DNA of 64,000 nucleotides from a virus. Position numbers and translations under genes: made by a program. Shown here piece by piece: positions 8,910 to 19,669 of the stretch (positions within the stretch are counted from its first letter, which is position 1; each line of letters starts with the position of its first letter). The notes below the pieces were generated by a model. The model was not told the DNA's origin. It saw nothing but the letters and a program-made list of their open reading frames with translations, and did no database searches. The DNA is taken from positions 22,813-86,812 of IMG/VR virus record IMGVR_UViG_3300017788_004205; one strand, 5' to 3'.

Positions 8910-9833
8910 ATGAGCTTCACACCAACAAATGTAGGACAAGGTGGCGGAATGCCAGACATCCAAGTAAAAATGGTTCCATCAGCAGGTGGACTTGGTAATT
9001 ACGAATCACAAGGCGTAGATAGAGCAGTAACGATAGGTCAAGATGGCAGACCGATTGGTAATGTTCAATACACTCCCCCGTTTGACCTTTTAACAGAAGA
9101 AAACAGACATATTATTGAACAAAGAAAAAGACAAAAAGAAGCCGAAAAAAGAAAACGCGAGGAAAAAAATAATCCTCCGAAGCCTATGATAAATGATGAA
9201 GAAAAATTGAAAATTGCAAATGCAGAGATTGTAGGAAGAGAATTTCAATATATCGTTCAAGATAAATTTGGTCAAACAGTTTCAGTTGTTTCTTGTTCAC
9301 TTAAAGAGGGTGATATAGAACTTACAATGAGTGATGACCATGCTGTTTTACTGAATAATTTAGAATCGGAATTTTTACCTATTTCAAGAAAACCTCTAAT
9401 CGAAGACTCTTCAATTGAAACTGAAGAAATAGATGCTTCTGCCACAATTCAAGTAAAAGAAACGAAACAAATACAACAGTCTCCAAAAACAGTAGTTCAG
9501 AATATTACCTTAAACAATAGTTTGCCAGATAGTCCACTGAGAGCTCTTTTATCTTCGAGAAAAAAGAATGAAACTCCTATTTCTATTGATTTGAAGATTG
9601 ATTTGGTTAAAAAAGACTTTTTTAAGATTATAGATGAATCATATGATAATGCTCTTGATTATGTTGTTGAGCACGTTATGAGCGGAATAACCCTTGAAAA
9701 AGTAAAGGATGCTGTTCGTTATCAGCTTGAATTATACTATAAAAGTGAAGGAAGACAACTCACAAACGATGAGTTTGAAAAAAATGAGATATATAAAGAA
9801 CCTGACACTATTATTTTAGAAAAGAGCGAATAA
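8910..9833 (+). CDS. Hypothetical protein
   Basis: 307-aa ORF with AAGGA upstream. Confidence 0.7.
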   Translation: MSFTPTNVGQGGGMPDIQVKMVPSAGGLGNYESQGVDRAVTIGQDGRPIGNVQYTPPFDLLTEENRHIIEQRKRQKEAEKRKREEKNNPPKPMINDEEKLKIANAEIVGREFQYIVQDKFGQTVSVVSCSLKEGDIELTMSDDHAVLLNNLESEFLPISRKPLIEDSSIETEEIDASATIQVKETKQIQQSPKTVVQNITLNNSLPDSPLRALLSSRKKNETPISIDLKIDLVKKDFFKIIDESYDNALDYVVEHVMSGITLEKVKDAVRYQLELYYKSEGRQLTNDEFEKNEIYKEPDTIILEKSE

Positions 9834-9846
9834 TAATTTTTAAGAA

Positions 9847-10338
9847 ATGAATCATTTAGAACAATTTACAGAACTTAAACCATCTCAGATTCTTTATTCT
9901 TGTGATGAGTTTACTATTCATGAAGAATCAAACTCCAAAACTCTTAGATTTAAGAAGAGCTATGGGAGATTTTTACCATATGTTGTTAAGAATGGAATAA
10001 TAGAAGCAATATTATTACCAAAAGAATCTGACGGTTTAGCTACATATGAAAATGAATCAATTAACCAACTAACAGATGTTATAGAGCATTGTAAAAAATT
10101 AGGTTGGAATGTAGCAGAAGATAATTTCACACACCTTGGATTTTGGAGAGTAAGTCCCTTTATCGATTCATCAGAGTGCGTTTGGGGATTGGATGTAGAT
10201 GCTTGTGAAAATTCAAGTTCTATTTTATCGGACTCTAACTTTGTTGTTCTTCCTATAAGCGCTTTAGTAAACATAGGAGATGCAATAGCTGGAGCTTCTG
10301 CTTTGAAGCTTCTTCTAAAAATGAATAAACAGCCTTAA
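9847..10338 (+). CDS. Hypothetical protein, possibly a degenerate Nudix fold
   Basis: FLPY...KKLGWNV..FTHLG..SP pattern resembles a Nudix fold, but the GX5EX7REUXEE box is absent. Confidence 0.45.
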   Translation: MNHLEQFTELKPSQILYSCDEFTIHEESNSKTLRFKKSYGRFLPYVVKNGIIEAILLPKESDGLATYENESINQLTDVIEHCKKLGWNVAEDNFTHLGFWRVSPFIDSSECVWGLDVDACENSSSILSDSNFVVLPISALVNIGDAIAGASALKLLLKMNKQP

Positions 10339-10348
10339 ATTTATTTAT

Positions 10349-10708
10349 ATGATAATAGAAGATTTTTCAAATAACAACAAAGGAGATGTTTCGGTAGTAA
10401 TAACTATTGAAGAAGGAAACTTAAAAACTATAAAGAAAAGGTTTAGAGGTTTGAATGTTGATTATTTAGATGTTATAAAAATAGCAAATGATTTAGGCTA
10501 CGATATAAGCGGAACAATCTCAGATGCGGCTTACTTCATACTTTGTCGTGAAATAGAAAGACTTTTAGTTGAAAAATTGCTTGATAATCAAAAAGATGTT
10601 GTGTATATAGTTCCTAAATATACACCTGACATCAAAAGAACAGTAAGAGAAATCTTAAAAAGAAACGACATACAAGCGGAACTTGTCGTAGGTCTTTTGA
10701 TGATTTAA
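10349..10708 (+). CDS. Hypothetical protein
   Basis: 119-aa ORF in the operon. Confidence 0.6.
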   Translation: MIIEDFSNNNKGDVSVVITIEEGNLKTIKKRFRGLNVDYLDVIKIANDLGYDISGTISDAAYFILCREIERLLVEKLLDNQKDVVYIVPKYTPDIKRTVREILKRNDIQAELVVGLLMI

Positions 10709-10724
10709 AAATAAAAATACGAAT

Positions 10725-12722
10725 TTGAGCGAATTTAGATTCTATAGCTTTAATAATGGTAAAACAAACCCAACTACTGATACAGCTAATCTTGCTAACA
10801 TAAAATCTGGGGTTGATAAACAAGCCGCATTAGCACAAGCGTCTACAACCGCTCAAGGAACGGATAATAATATACCAGCTAATGCTCAAAGTGGCGTTAG
10901 ACCTACTACTCCTTCTCCTGCTTCTACTGCCAATAACGGGGTACCTGTAAAAGTAGATTTAGACCGCATTATACCAGAAGGGACGAAACAAGATTTCAAA
11001 GAAGTAGGGACAACAGTAAACGTTCCTAATCCGATTACTGGAACACCAGCTGAGATTACAACAAAAGGGACCCCTTCGATAATTAATGACTATTGGCTCG
11101 TTTATTATCATTCTACGTCAGGAATAAGCGATAGTGAAAGAACTGTCACAAATTTGGGAAAAGAGAGCAAATACAAGGGTCTTTCTAATCATGAAAACTA
11201 TAAAGACCCAACTACAAGTAAAATTATTGAAGTTTTTAACGGACAGGATGGAAAAAGTATATTTGCAATGCCCGAGAAAAAATATACATATTCTGATTTT
11301 TTGTATCTAAAAAATTATCACCCATATAATAATAATAGATTGATAACACTTAGAAGATTTTTAGTTCCTGTGTATGATAATTGTAGAACCGCAATTCAAA
11401 CTAATAATAAAGAAGATGAAAGATTTAGAACTCCGATTTCTAAGGCAATTAGTTATTTAGGTACAAGTGAAAATAAATTATCAACCTTAACTAATTTTAC
11501 AGTAACTATAAAAACAAAAGATGTTACTGGTAATTTGAGTGATAAGCCTACAATGGTAGGTGCATCTGAATTTGCTAATTTGAAAGCATTTGTAGGTAAT
11601 GATAAAAATGAATATGACCAAACTTCATTTGGATATGCTTTAATGGCTGCTATGAGTGGAGCTAATACTGAAGATGTTATTGAAAAATGGAATACGGCTA
11701 TGAACTTATGGGAAACTGGGCCTTATACAGACTTAATTTATGGACCTGTTAATGTTATAACTGGAGCCAAAGTTAGAGATAGAGGGCTTACTTATACACA
11801 TGCACTCAATTTAAATTTTGAATACTCTACAAAATATATTGAAAGAATAAATCCAAAAGCAGCTATACTTGATATAGTAGCAAATATGTTATCTATGTCA
11901 TATCATCATGCTAATTTTTTTGGAGGAGAAAATAGATTTCAGTTTGATAAAACAAATTTTGCATTTTTGAATAATGAGAAGCAGGTTGAATTTTTGAAAG
12001 CGCTTGGGCAAGGGGGTGAGTCTGAGGCTTTAAAAAAATATGCAGACTCTTTGGGAGAAAGTGGTAAAAATGTTTTAGGTGAGGCTAAGAAATTGGTAGA
12101 TGCCTTTTCAAGCGGAGAAGGTATGAAATCAGAAGCGGTTCAAAACCTTGTTAAAAATGCTCAAAAAATAGCAACGGCCCTACACCCAGGTCTTCAAAAA
12201 TTAAATAAAACAGTAACTGAAGGAACTAAATCTACTCTAAATGGCTCTCCAACTGGAGAGTGGCATCTTCAGGTAGGTAACCCATTTGCTCCGATTATGA
12301 TGCTTGGGAATCTTTGGTGTACAAGTGCTACATTTACTTTTAATGATGACTTGTCGGCTGATGACTTTCCAACAGAACTAAAAGTTGCAATTAAACTTGA
12401 ATATGGTAGACAGAGAGATTCCTCGGATATACAATCAATGTTCAATGCAGGTGGTGGTAGAATATATTATCCATATAAAGATAAAGAAGATGCAAATATT
12501 TCTTCTACATTTTACAATACAGAATACATTTACAATGATAAACCATCAGAAAACAAAGATTCTCGTAATCAGCAAACAGTAACAAAGGAAAATACTCAGA
12601 TTAGTGGTTTACCTGGTGTTGATAATTACGGAAGTGTAGGAAAATTAGCATCTAAAACAAATACTTCAAACGTAGCTTTGGAAACAAATCAAATGCAAAA
12701 TCAAAGTAAAACAAATCCATAA
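10725..12722 (+). CDS. Putative baseplate/tail-tube initiator-like structural protein (gp48/gp54-like)
   Basis: C-terminal tube-like beta domain (WHLQVGNPFAP..GNLWCTSATFTF..FPTELKVAIKL); adjacent to gp53-like and hub-like genes. Confidence 0.45.
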   Translation: MSEFRFYSFNNGKTNPTTDTANLANIKSGVDKQAALAQASTTAQGTDNNIPANAQSGVRPTTPSPASTANNGVPVKVDLDRIIPEGTKQDFKEVGTTVNVPNPITGTPAEITTKGTPSIINDYWLVYYHSTSGISDSERTVTNLGKESKYKGLSNHENYKDPTTSKIIEVFNGQDGKSIFAMPEKKYTYSDFLYLKNYHPYNNNRLITLRRFLVPVYDNCRTAIQTNNKEDERFRTPISKAISYLGTSENKLSTLTNFTVTIKTKDVTGNLSDKPTMVGASEFANLKAFVGNDKNEYDQTSFGYALMAAMSGANTEDVIEKWNTAMNLWETGPYTDLIYGPVNVITGAKVRDRGLTYTHALNLNFEYSTKYIERINPKAAILDIVANMLSMSYHHANFFGGENRFQFDKTNFAFLNNEKQVEFLKALGQGGESEALKKYADSLGESGKNVLGEAKKLVDAFSSGEGMKSEAVQNLVKNAQKIATALHPGLQKLNKTVTEGTKSTLNGSPTGEWHLQVGNPFAPIMMLGNLWCTSATFTFNDDLSADDFPTELKVAIKLEYGRQRDSSDIQSMFNAGGGRIYYPYKDKEDANISSTFYNTEYIYNDKPSENKDSRNQQTVTKENTQISGLPGVDNYGSVGKLASKTNTSNVALETNQMQNQSKTNP

Positions 12723-12739
12723 AAATAAAATGTATATCA

Positions 12740-13354
12740 ATGGCATTGAATTTTAAACATATATCAGAAAAACTTGAAATGGAAAAAAACGGAGAAAAGA
12801 TAGTTGACTTGACTACCCGTTCGTATAAACAAATAGAAAACTCGGATTACATTAAAAGATTTATTGTTGATAATAAGTTAGTAATGCGACCAGATTTACT
12901 TTCAAATGAAATAAATGGTGACTTAGACTTTACAACTCTACTTAAAACAAATATGATATCAAACCCATTTACTTTAGATGTTGATGATATTATATTATTA
13001 AGAAAAGGAGGAGATACGCTTTATATTGCACCGAGAAACTTAGAAGCAGAAAATAAAAATGATGTTAGAAGTTTTTATGTAAATCCAGATAAAGTTTCAG
13101 AGCCTGACCCTAAGATTGAAAAAATAAAAAAGAAATTCGAAGATTTACAAAAAATGGGAGCAGAAGCAAAATCACCATCTAAAAATAATCTACCTCCAAA
13201 TTTCAATGAGTTTGGAACAGGTGAAGTTGAAATAATAGGAAATAAGGTTAGATTCGCCCCAGGGGTAGCCAGAAATAGTTCAGAGTGCTCCACTGAACCT
13301 ATAAGCAAAGCATCATTAATTAGTCAAATTTTGAAGAATAAGTTAAATAGTTAA
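12740..13354 (+). CDS. T4 gp53-like baseplate wedge protein (LysM-like)
   Basis: MRPDLLSNEING...LLKTNMISNPFTLDVDDII matches the RPDxxS..Y/NxIxNPF pattern. Confidence 0.65.
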   Translation: MALNFKHISEKLEMEKNGEKIVDLTTRSYKQIENSDYIKRFIVDNKLVMRPDLLSNEINGDLDFTTLLKTNMISNPFTLDVDDIILLRKGGDTLYIAPRNLEAENKNDVRSFYVNPDKVSEPDPKIEKIKKKFEDLQKMGAEAKSPSKNNLPPNFNEFGTGEVEIIGNKVRFAPGVARNSSECSTEPISKASLISQILKNKLNS

Positions 13355-13355
13355 T

Positions 13356-14843
13356 ATGGCATACGAAAAAACCAAGATTAGAACGGTATCTGACCCTACA
13401 ATTATTTTGCAGGATATGATAGCTGAGCAAAAGATGGTATCCGTCCAATATGGTGATAAATATGAAGCATCATCATATGTGGGTAGAGATTTTCCATTAA
13501 TAAAGTTTAGAGACAGAACTATAAATATTGAAGAAGTTCAAAGTTTTGAAATAGATTGTTCCAATTTTTTACCTATAATTTACCTAAAACTTTCTATTAC
13601 AGACAGAAAGTTTTTAGGGGAGTATATCCCAAAAGATGGAGATATTATTTCTATTTACATGAGGAGTCAAAATGATGTCTACAAACCTGTTAGGAACGAT
13701 TATTTGATAACACATGTAGATACAAATGCTCTTGATGGTTCAGATTATGCAACGGAATATTATGTAACTGGTATATTAAATATAAAAAATATATGGGTAG
13801 AAAAAAATACAGCTATGAAGGGTAAATCTATTGATGTTATTAGAAAGGTTGCAGATGAACTTGACCTTGGATTTGCTACAAATGTAGAGGGAGAGATGGA
13901 TGATGAAATGGTTTGGATTTGCGATTGGAAATCATATAAAGATTTTTTACTCCATATAACAGAACATTCTTGGAAGAATGAAAAAACTTTTTATAGAGTT
14001 TTTATAGATATTTACTACTATGTAAATTTTATTGAGGTCGAAAAGCAATTAGACATAACAAAAGAATTTGATGAATCATTAGCAATAATGGAAAAAACTC
14101 CGCTTATTCAACACGGGGACCCAATTTTGAAAATAGACGAACAAGTTAATGAAATGAATCCTTTGACTCTAACAAATTTTACAAACTTAAAATCAACATC
14201 CTTCGGTATTACGAAATATGAAATGGTCAATAATTCTTCACATATCTCATATTCGGAGGGCTATGGTAAAAAAATGTATTATTATGACCATTACTTAAAA
14301 ACAATAGAAGATGTGAATCAAATAGATTTTAATCCATTGTATACAGATGGAACAGCCGATTCTAAGCTCCGTCTCCGTGGATTAAAAGATGAAGATATAG
14401 AAAAAAGACACTTAAAAAATACTTGGTATGGGATACAATATTCTCTCCCACAAGGAAATGTTCATAAGAATTTTGCACAAGCTTATTTTCAAAATAAGGT
14501 AAATACCATAGAACTTGAAAAAATGTATATCGATGTTAAAACATATACATGGAATCCCGCAATCATTAAGATGGAAAGAATACCTCTTTTTATCTTTGAA
14601 GAGGGAGTACAATTAACGGATGGTGCGGCATTTATGGATGAAGAAGAATTAAAGAAAAATCAAGAAGAACCGCCTCTGAATCCTATATCTAATACATTAA
14701 CTACGATAAATAGATTTTTAAGTGGATTTTATTTGGTTGATAGTTTTAAGATAATATATGATTTTACAAATAGAAAAAATGTTTGTGAATTTAGACTTAC
14801 AAGAAGAGAATGGGGAGTCCCAAAGGATACAGAACTTCTATAA
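13356..14843 (+). CDS. Putative baseplate hub protein (gp27/VgrG-like)
   Basis: Follows the gp53-like gene; 495 aa; DVIRKVADEL and C-terminal LSGFYLVDSFKIIY..FRLTRREW resemble hub proteins. Confidence 0.5.
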   Translation: MAYEKTKIRTVSDPTIILQDMIAEQKMVSVQYGDKYEASSYVGRDFPLIKFRDRTINIEEVQSFEIDCSNFLPIIYLKLSITDRKFLGEYIPKDGDIISIYMRSQNDVYKPVRNDYLITHVDTNALDGSDYATEYYVTGILNIKNIWVEKNTAMKGKSIDVIRKVADELDLGFATNVEGEMDDEMVWICDWKSYKDFLLHITEHSWKNEKTFYRVFIDIYYYVNFIEVEKQLDITKEFDESLAIMEKTPLIQHGDPILKIDEQVNEMNPLTLTNFTNLKSTSFGITKYEMVNNSSHISYSEGYGKKMYYYDHYLKTIEDVNQIDFNPLYTDGTADSKLRLRGLKDEDIEKRHLKNTWYGIQYSLPQGNVHKNFAQAYFQNKVNTIELEKMYIDVKTYTWNPAIIKMERIPLFIFEEGVQLTDGAAFMDEEELKKNQEEPPLNPISNTLTTINRFLSGFYLVDSFKIIYDFTNRKNVCEFRLTRREWGVPKDTELL

Positions 14844-14845
14844 AA

Positions 14846-14874
14846 TTGAACAATTTTCTAATTTTTTCTATAAT
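14846..14874 (+). promoter_or_regulatory. Sigma70-like promoter TTGAAC-N17-TATAAT
   Basis: Consensus -10 with an exact 17-nt spacer, upstream of the GT2 gene. Confidence 0.7.
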
Positions 14875-14911
14875 ATTAAGATATATTTTCTGTATTTTTT
14901 AATTGAAAGCC

Positions 14912-16153
14912 ATGGATTCAAGAAGAGGTTTACCGATTTTAGCTCTCTTTCAAAAAGAAGGAGAGACGATAGAAATAAAAACCCGAGACATAGGAGCTTG
15001 GGAACCCTTAGATTTTGATATTAGAAGATTTACGACTGATGATAATGTATATGAGATTTTTGCAGATATAAGACCTCAGGTTATAGTTTCGGTAGGAAAA
15101 GATGAAGAGTGGAAAGGTTTGATGACTTTACCTTTTGAAGAAAGAAGAAAATGGATATCCTTTGACCCTGATACAAACCCCGTTGAAATAGGAGAAGCCG
15201 CATATAGAGTCTTCATCAATGCCGCAACCTCAAGAAGTGATAAAACTCCACTTATTAGCATTTTCACACCTGTATACAGAACAGGTGAAAAACTCATGCG
15301 CCCTTTTAATTCACTCATAAACAGCATATACAAAAATTGGGAGTGGATTATTTTTGATGATTCTGATGATAATAATGAAACATGGGATATGTTGGTGGAA
15401 TTATCCAATAAAGACCAAAGAATTAAAATCTTTAGAGGAAGAAGAAATAGTGGTAGAGTTGGAGAAACGAAATTTTATGCCGCAAATCTCTGTCAAGGGC
15501 AAGTTGTTCTTGAACTTGACCATGATGATGAATTAACAGAAAATGCACTTGAATGGATTGCGAAAGCCTATAAAAAGTATCCAGATGCTGGTTTTTATTA
15601 TACAGATTGTACAGAAATCTATGAAGAAAATGGAAAATCTGTTATCTATGGAGAAGGCTTTGCTATGGGATATGGTTCATATAAAGTTGATTGGTATAAA
15701 GGAAGGTCTTATTTAACTCATATTTCATGTAATATAAACCCAAGAACAATTCGTCATATTGTAGGCGTTCCGAATCACATTAGAGCTTGGAGAGCTGATG
15801 TTTACAAAGATATTTTAGGTCATAGCACTTTGCTTGGAGTTTGCGATGATTATGAAATTATTATTCGAACATTCTTAAAAACAAAATTTGTTAGAATTGC
15901 TCAGATGGGATACATTCAATGGATGAATGCGGGCGGAGATAATACACAAAATTATAGAAGGCAAGAAATACAAAGACTTGTTAGATTTATCAGACAGCGT
16001 TATGATAGAGAAATTCACGAACGCTTTGTTGAACTTGGAGTTCATGATGATGCTTGGTCTGATGAATTAGGTTGGTGTGCTAATTTGTGGACAGATAAAC
16101 CTAAACAAGAAAATTTAGTTAACTATGTATTCGACCCACTTTCAGAAGAATGA
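14912..16153 (+). CDS. Glycosyltransferase family 2 with an N-terminal extension
   Basis: ISIFTPVY, WIIFDDS, LELDHDD, CDDYE; start at ATG 14912 or TTG 14903. Confidence 0.85.
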   Translation: MDSRRGLPILALFQKEGETIEIKTRDIGAWEPLDFDIRRFTTDDNVYEIFADIRPQVIVSVGKDEEWKGLMTLPFEERRKWISFDPDTNPVEIGEAAYRVFINAATSRSDKTPLISIFTPVYRTGEKLMRPFNSLINSIYKNWEWIIFDDSDDNNETWDMLVELSNKDQRIKIFRGRRNSGRVGETKFYAANLCQGQVVLELDHDDELTENALEWIAKAYKKYPDAGFYYTDCTEIYEENGKSVIYGEGFAMGYGSYKVDWYKGRSYLTHISCNINPRTIRHIVGVPNHIRAWRADVYKDILGHSTLLGVCDDYEIIIRTFLKTKFVRIAQMGYIQWMNAGGDNTQNYRRQEIQRLVRFIRQRYDREIHERFVELGVHDDAWSDELGWCANLWTDKPKQENLVNYVFDPLSEE

Positions 16154-16953
16154 TGAATTTATTCTCTAAAATATTTTCAATTTTTAGCTCTGTTCTTAAA
16201 AATAAAGAAGAAGAGCAAACTTATTCTTTTAGTTTACCCTTTTCAGGTTTTCAAAACATTAGAGAGTATGAATGTATAGGTGAGTATGAACCTCAGGCTA
16301 CAATTATAGAATTAGTTCCTATTCCGAATGGAAATAAAATAGAATTTCTGCAAAGAAAAACTTATCATATACTTCCAATAGATAAGACGATAGATAGAAG
16401 TAATGCTTCTTTTGATTTTAGTTCAGTAGAATTAGAAAATATAAAAAGAGAACTTGATAAGATTATATTTTTTGAATTAAGTGAGATGGGTAGAATAACA
16501 GCACTGACTCTATCTAAAAGAAAAGATAATATGCCAATGCTTGCTTTGTCTCACCAAACAACAAAAGATTCAATCATCTATAAAATTAAATTTGCAGATA
16601 ATCTTTTAAAGGATATGAATGGCATAGGAATTAAAAATATAACTGTGTCTAATTCTATCTTTACAAAGATAAAGGATAGCATTAAAGATGGTATGTTAGA
16701 AATAAATAAAAAAGAAGTTCAAGTACATCTCTTACCTGAATATCTTGATAAAGAAGATGAACTTTGCTTACTTCTCTCTTGTATTCAAAAAGATTCAGAA
16801 AATCCAAGTCTTATTTTTAACAAGACACCCGTTACGGTGGTCTCAAAAATTACTAAAGACAAGGTCAAATCTACAAGAATTTCATTTAGTTATGGATTAC
16901 ACAAATGTGGAACTAACCACAATTTCTCTTACTTAAGATTTTTTAAAACATAA
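16150..16953 (+). CDS. Hypothetical protein
   Basis: 267-aa ORF with ATGA coupling to the GT2 gene. Confidence 0.65.
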   Translation: MMNLFSKIFSIFSSVLKNKEEEQTYSFSLPFSGFQNIREYECIGEYEPQATIIELVPIPNGNKIEFLQRKTYHILPIDKTIDRSNASFDFSSVELENIKRELDKIIFFELSEMGRITALTLSKRKDNMPMLALSHQTTKDSIIYKIKFADNLLKDMNGIGIKNITVSNSIFTKIKDSIKDGMLEINKKEVQVHLLPEYLDKEDELCLLLSCIQKDSENPSLIFNKTPVTVVSKITKDKVKSTRISFSYGLHKCGTNHNFSYLRFFKT

Positions 16954-16963
16954 TAGAATTACA

Positions 16964-17374
16964 ATGGAACCAATCATCCCACAAAATCAAGCATCATCTG
17001 TTCCTATGCAGATAACTGACGATGTATTAAATACATTGAATGTTGATTCAAATGAACTTTCAAAAGAAGCAGAAGAAGCACTTAAACAAACTGCTATGAG
17101 AACTATTATTTATCAGATTTCTGCCAATTATAGAGAAGAACTTGAAAATCTCTTAGGTGAGGATAACATAGATGAAAATGGTCAACCTAAGGCCTTACAA
17201 GAAGCCATTATACCAAAAGAACTCTATGAGTTTATATGTAAAAACACCATAGGTATGATTCCTGATATAGAAATTGAAATTATAGAGGAATCTGAGCAAA
17301 TTCAAGAAGATTCTATTGTAGCTGAAGAAGAATCAAATTCAGATGAATCAGAAAATTCTTTTGAAGAAGAATGA
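16964..17374 (+). CDS. Hypothetical acidic protein
   Basis: 136-aa ORF with an E-rich tail. Confidence 0.65.
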   Translation: MEPIIPQNQASSVPMQITDDVLNTLNVDSNELSKEAEEALKQTAMRTIIYQISANYREELENLLGEDNIDENGQPKALQEAIIPKELYEFICKNTIGMIPDIEIEIIEESEQIQEDSIVAEEESNSDESENSFEEE

Positions 17375-17391
17375 CCTTTTCTTAAAAAGAA

Positions 17392-17399
17392 GATATATA
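17392..17399 (+). promoter_or_regulatory. GATATATA candidate late promoter
   Basis: 31 nt upstream of ATG 17423. Confidence 0.65.
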
Positions 17400-17422
17400 G
17401 AGTAAAATAAATCACTTATACC

Positions 17423-17725
17423 ATGAAAGATGAAATATCAAATAATCAGTTCTGGGAACGGTATTTAGATATTAAAGATGGTGACATCAGACCAACTCCA
17501 AGAGATTTCGCTCTTTCAAGAAAGAATGATATAAAACATGTTGGATTTGATTATAGATTAAATGTTTTTAACAAGTCTATAAGCAATGTTATCTTGGGAG
17601 AAGAAAAAAGGTCTGTTCTTATAGGTCTTTTAGAAGTATTGGTTGATTATTTAATTGATTCTGTAAAGAATATTAAAAAGCATCATAATTTTGCTATTTC
17701 CAAGAAATGGCGAGATTTTAACTAA
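17423..17725 (+). CDS. Hypothetical late protein
   Basis: 100-aa ORF after a promoter motif. Confidence 0.65.
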   Translation: MKDEISNNQFWERYLDIKDGDIRPTPRDFALSRKNDIKHVGFDYRLNVFNKSISNVILGEEKRSVLIGLLEVLVDYLIDSVKNIKKHHNFAISKKWRDFN

Positions 17726-17763
17726 GTTTGTTATTCGACCATTTATATTTTGAGGTTTGTCTC

Positions 17764-18465
17764 ATGTTGCACGAAAGAAAAAATGAAGTATTCCAAGAAC
17801 TCTTTGATTCTTGTTTGAATTTACAATACGGTAAAGCAAAAGATTATGCTACTAATTCCGATGCCTTATCAAATTTCAAAAGCCAAGATGCTGAAATGTT
17901 AGGTCTAACGCCTTTTCAAAAATGGGGAGTTTATTTTGGAAAACAAGCTATGTCAATTCTTGGTGCAATTGGAAAGAATCCAAAATATCCTTCTACAACA
18001 TCCGAGCCGATAGAAGAAAGAATACAAGATGCTATTATTTATTTAGTTTTACTGAAATGCTTACTTGAAGATTCAAAGGAATCTGAAATTTTACCAAGTG
18101 TTGATGTTTCAGATTATGTAATTAATACTGTCGTTGGTGTTAATACTTCTGAAAAAGAAGAATCTACTCCCTCAAAGGCAGATAGAATTAGTATAGAAAA
18201 GGACTCTGAAAATAGAACCTTTAAGATAACATTTCAAGATAGAAAAGAAGCCATCACGATGGCTAATATTTTGGCATATTCTGAAAGCAATCCTTATGCT
18301 ATTGTAGAATTTAAACCAGTTCGTATAATAAATAATAGGGTTGGAGAATATATAATTATTGAAAAAAGGCAATGGCTGAATGAAGAGTGGAAACCCTTCA
18401 TTTCCTTAGAAGAGCCAGATTTCAACGAAACTTGGTTTCTTTATCACAAAAATTTGAAAAAGTGA
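17764..18465 (+). CDS. DUF1599/Nmad1-like (nucleotide-modification-associated) domain protein with an extra C-terminal domain
   Basis: KAKDYA..DALSNF...EPIEERIQDAIIYLVLL; ATG 17764 has GAGG upstream. Confidence 0.55.
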   Translation: MLHERKNEVFQELFDSCLNLQYGKAKDYATNSDALSNFKSQDAEMLGLTPFQKWGVYFGKQAMSILGAIGKNPKYPSTTSEPIEERIQDAIIYLVLLKCLLEDSKESEILPSVDVSDYVINTVVGVNTSEKEESTPSKADRISIEKDSENRTFKITFQDRKEAITMANILAYSESNPYAIVEFKPVRIINNRVGEYIIIEKRQWLNEEWKPFISLEEPDFNETWFLYHKNLKK

Positions 18466-18471
18466 TATATA
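18464..18471 (+). promoter_or_regulatory. GATATATA candidate late promoter
   Basis: 43 nt upstream of ATG 18507. Confidence 0.65.
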
Positions 18472-18506
18472 CATAATACAAAATAAAATTTCATATTAAA
18501 AACACT

Positions 18507-19277
18507 ATGGCTATTACATTACAAACGATTTTGGCTACCAATTCCTTTTCTGCTTCGAGGGTTATTATCAATAATAACTTTACGGCAGTTAAAGGTTCTA
18601 TTGATGCTTTGGAAGGATATTTGAGTTCTTCTACTGGTGCATTGAGTGCCACTTCTGCTTATATTGAAAGGGGCTCCAATCCTATAAATACAGTTCTTGT
18701 GACCTGTGAAGCCTCTGGTGCTTTTTTAGGTAATCTTTCTGTTAGTGGAACAAGTGGTCTTACATCTACTTCAATTACATCTACTGCTGGAATGACGGTT
18801 ACTGGTGGAGACGTTCTTTTGAGCGATTCATCTCGCAAACTTGATATTAGCGGTAAATTGGTTTTAGATGGAGAGATTGTTCATAAGGATTTTGGAAATT
18901 CCTTCTTGGATGCTTCTGATGAAGCTTCTTATGACCCAGCGAATGTTTCTACAATCACAGTTTCACATAAGCAAGCTATTCTTTCTGTTAGCGGTATTCA
19001 CTCTATTATGCTTGATTTTTCAGGTTATGATGGAACTACAAATCTTGTAAAATCATTTTCTCTTCCTGTTGGTTCAACAACTGGTCAAACATTGGAGATT
19101 GTTGTTAAGACCGATGTTGTAAGTGGTGTTTATATGGAAAAAACGAATGTTGCAAATATGACAGGAACTCAGAAGTTATACTTTACAAATTCACCGCATG
19201 ATTATCAATCTGTTCAACTTCGTTGGACTGGAGCTGTTTGGATTATTACAAATATCCTTGGCGCTGCGATTTCTTAA
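18507..19277 (+). CDS. Putative virion structural (fibre-like) protein
   Basis: Ser/Thr/Gly-rich; SRVIINNNF N-terminus and SVQLRWTGAVW C-terminus are typical of fibre proteins; own promoter and terminator. Confidence 0.55.
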   Translation: MAITLQTILATNSFSASRVIINNNFTAVKGSIDALEGYLSSSTGALSATSAYIERGSNPINTVLVTCEASGAFLGNLSVSGTSGLTSTSITSTAGMTVTGGDVLLSDSSRKLDISGKLVLDGEIVHKDFGNSFLDASDEASYDPANVSTITVSHKQAILSVSGIHSIMLDFSGYDGTTNLVKSFSLPVGSTTGQTLEIVVKTDVVSGVYMEKTNVANMTGTQKLYFTNSPHDYQSVQLRWTGAVWIITNILGAAIS

Positions 19278-19298
19278 AATTCACTCTAAATTGAAAAT

Positions 19299-19329
19299 AA
19301 AAAGCCCGATTTCTCGGGCTTTTTCTTTT
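19299..19329. terminator. Bidirectional Rho-independent terminator
   Basis: AAAAAGCCCGA-TTTC-TCGGGCTTTTT between convergent genes. Confidence 0.85.
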
Positions 19330-19341
19330 TATTTAATTTTT

Positions 19342-19668
19342 TCACTTAAAACAATATGCTATTCCTATTTTAACATCGGATGTATCATTTAATACTTCAA
19401 TTAATCTTAATGTTTTAAATTCTTGTGTTCCACTCAATATTATCAAATCGCCTTCTTTTATTCTATGAGGGCTCCTCCAAGCTATTCTTACCCGCATTAT
19501 ACCATCTTCGGAAGAACTTTTCATTCTATCCAAAATGGTGCAATATTCAGAATCTTTGAATGAAGAAAAATCATGTCTTTTTCTAATTCTATCTGGAATT
19601 TCTTCTCGAAATTCTATTATTTTTTTAGGTTGTTTTTTTCTAAACAGTCTCCTAAAAAATGTAAACAT
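19342..19668 (-). CDS. Hypothetical protein
   Basis: 108-aa ORF. Confidence 0.55.
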   Translation of the reverse strand: MFTFFRRLFRKKQPKKIIEFREEIPDRIRKRHDFSSFKDSEYCTILDRMKSSSEDGIMRVRIAWRSPHRIKEGDLIILSGTQEFKTLRLIEVLNDTSDVKIGIAYCFK

Positions 19669-19669
19669 A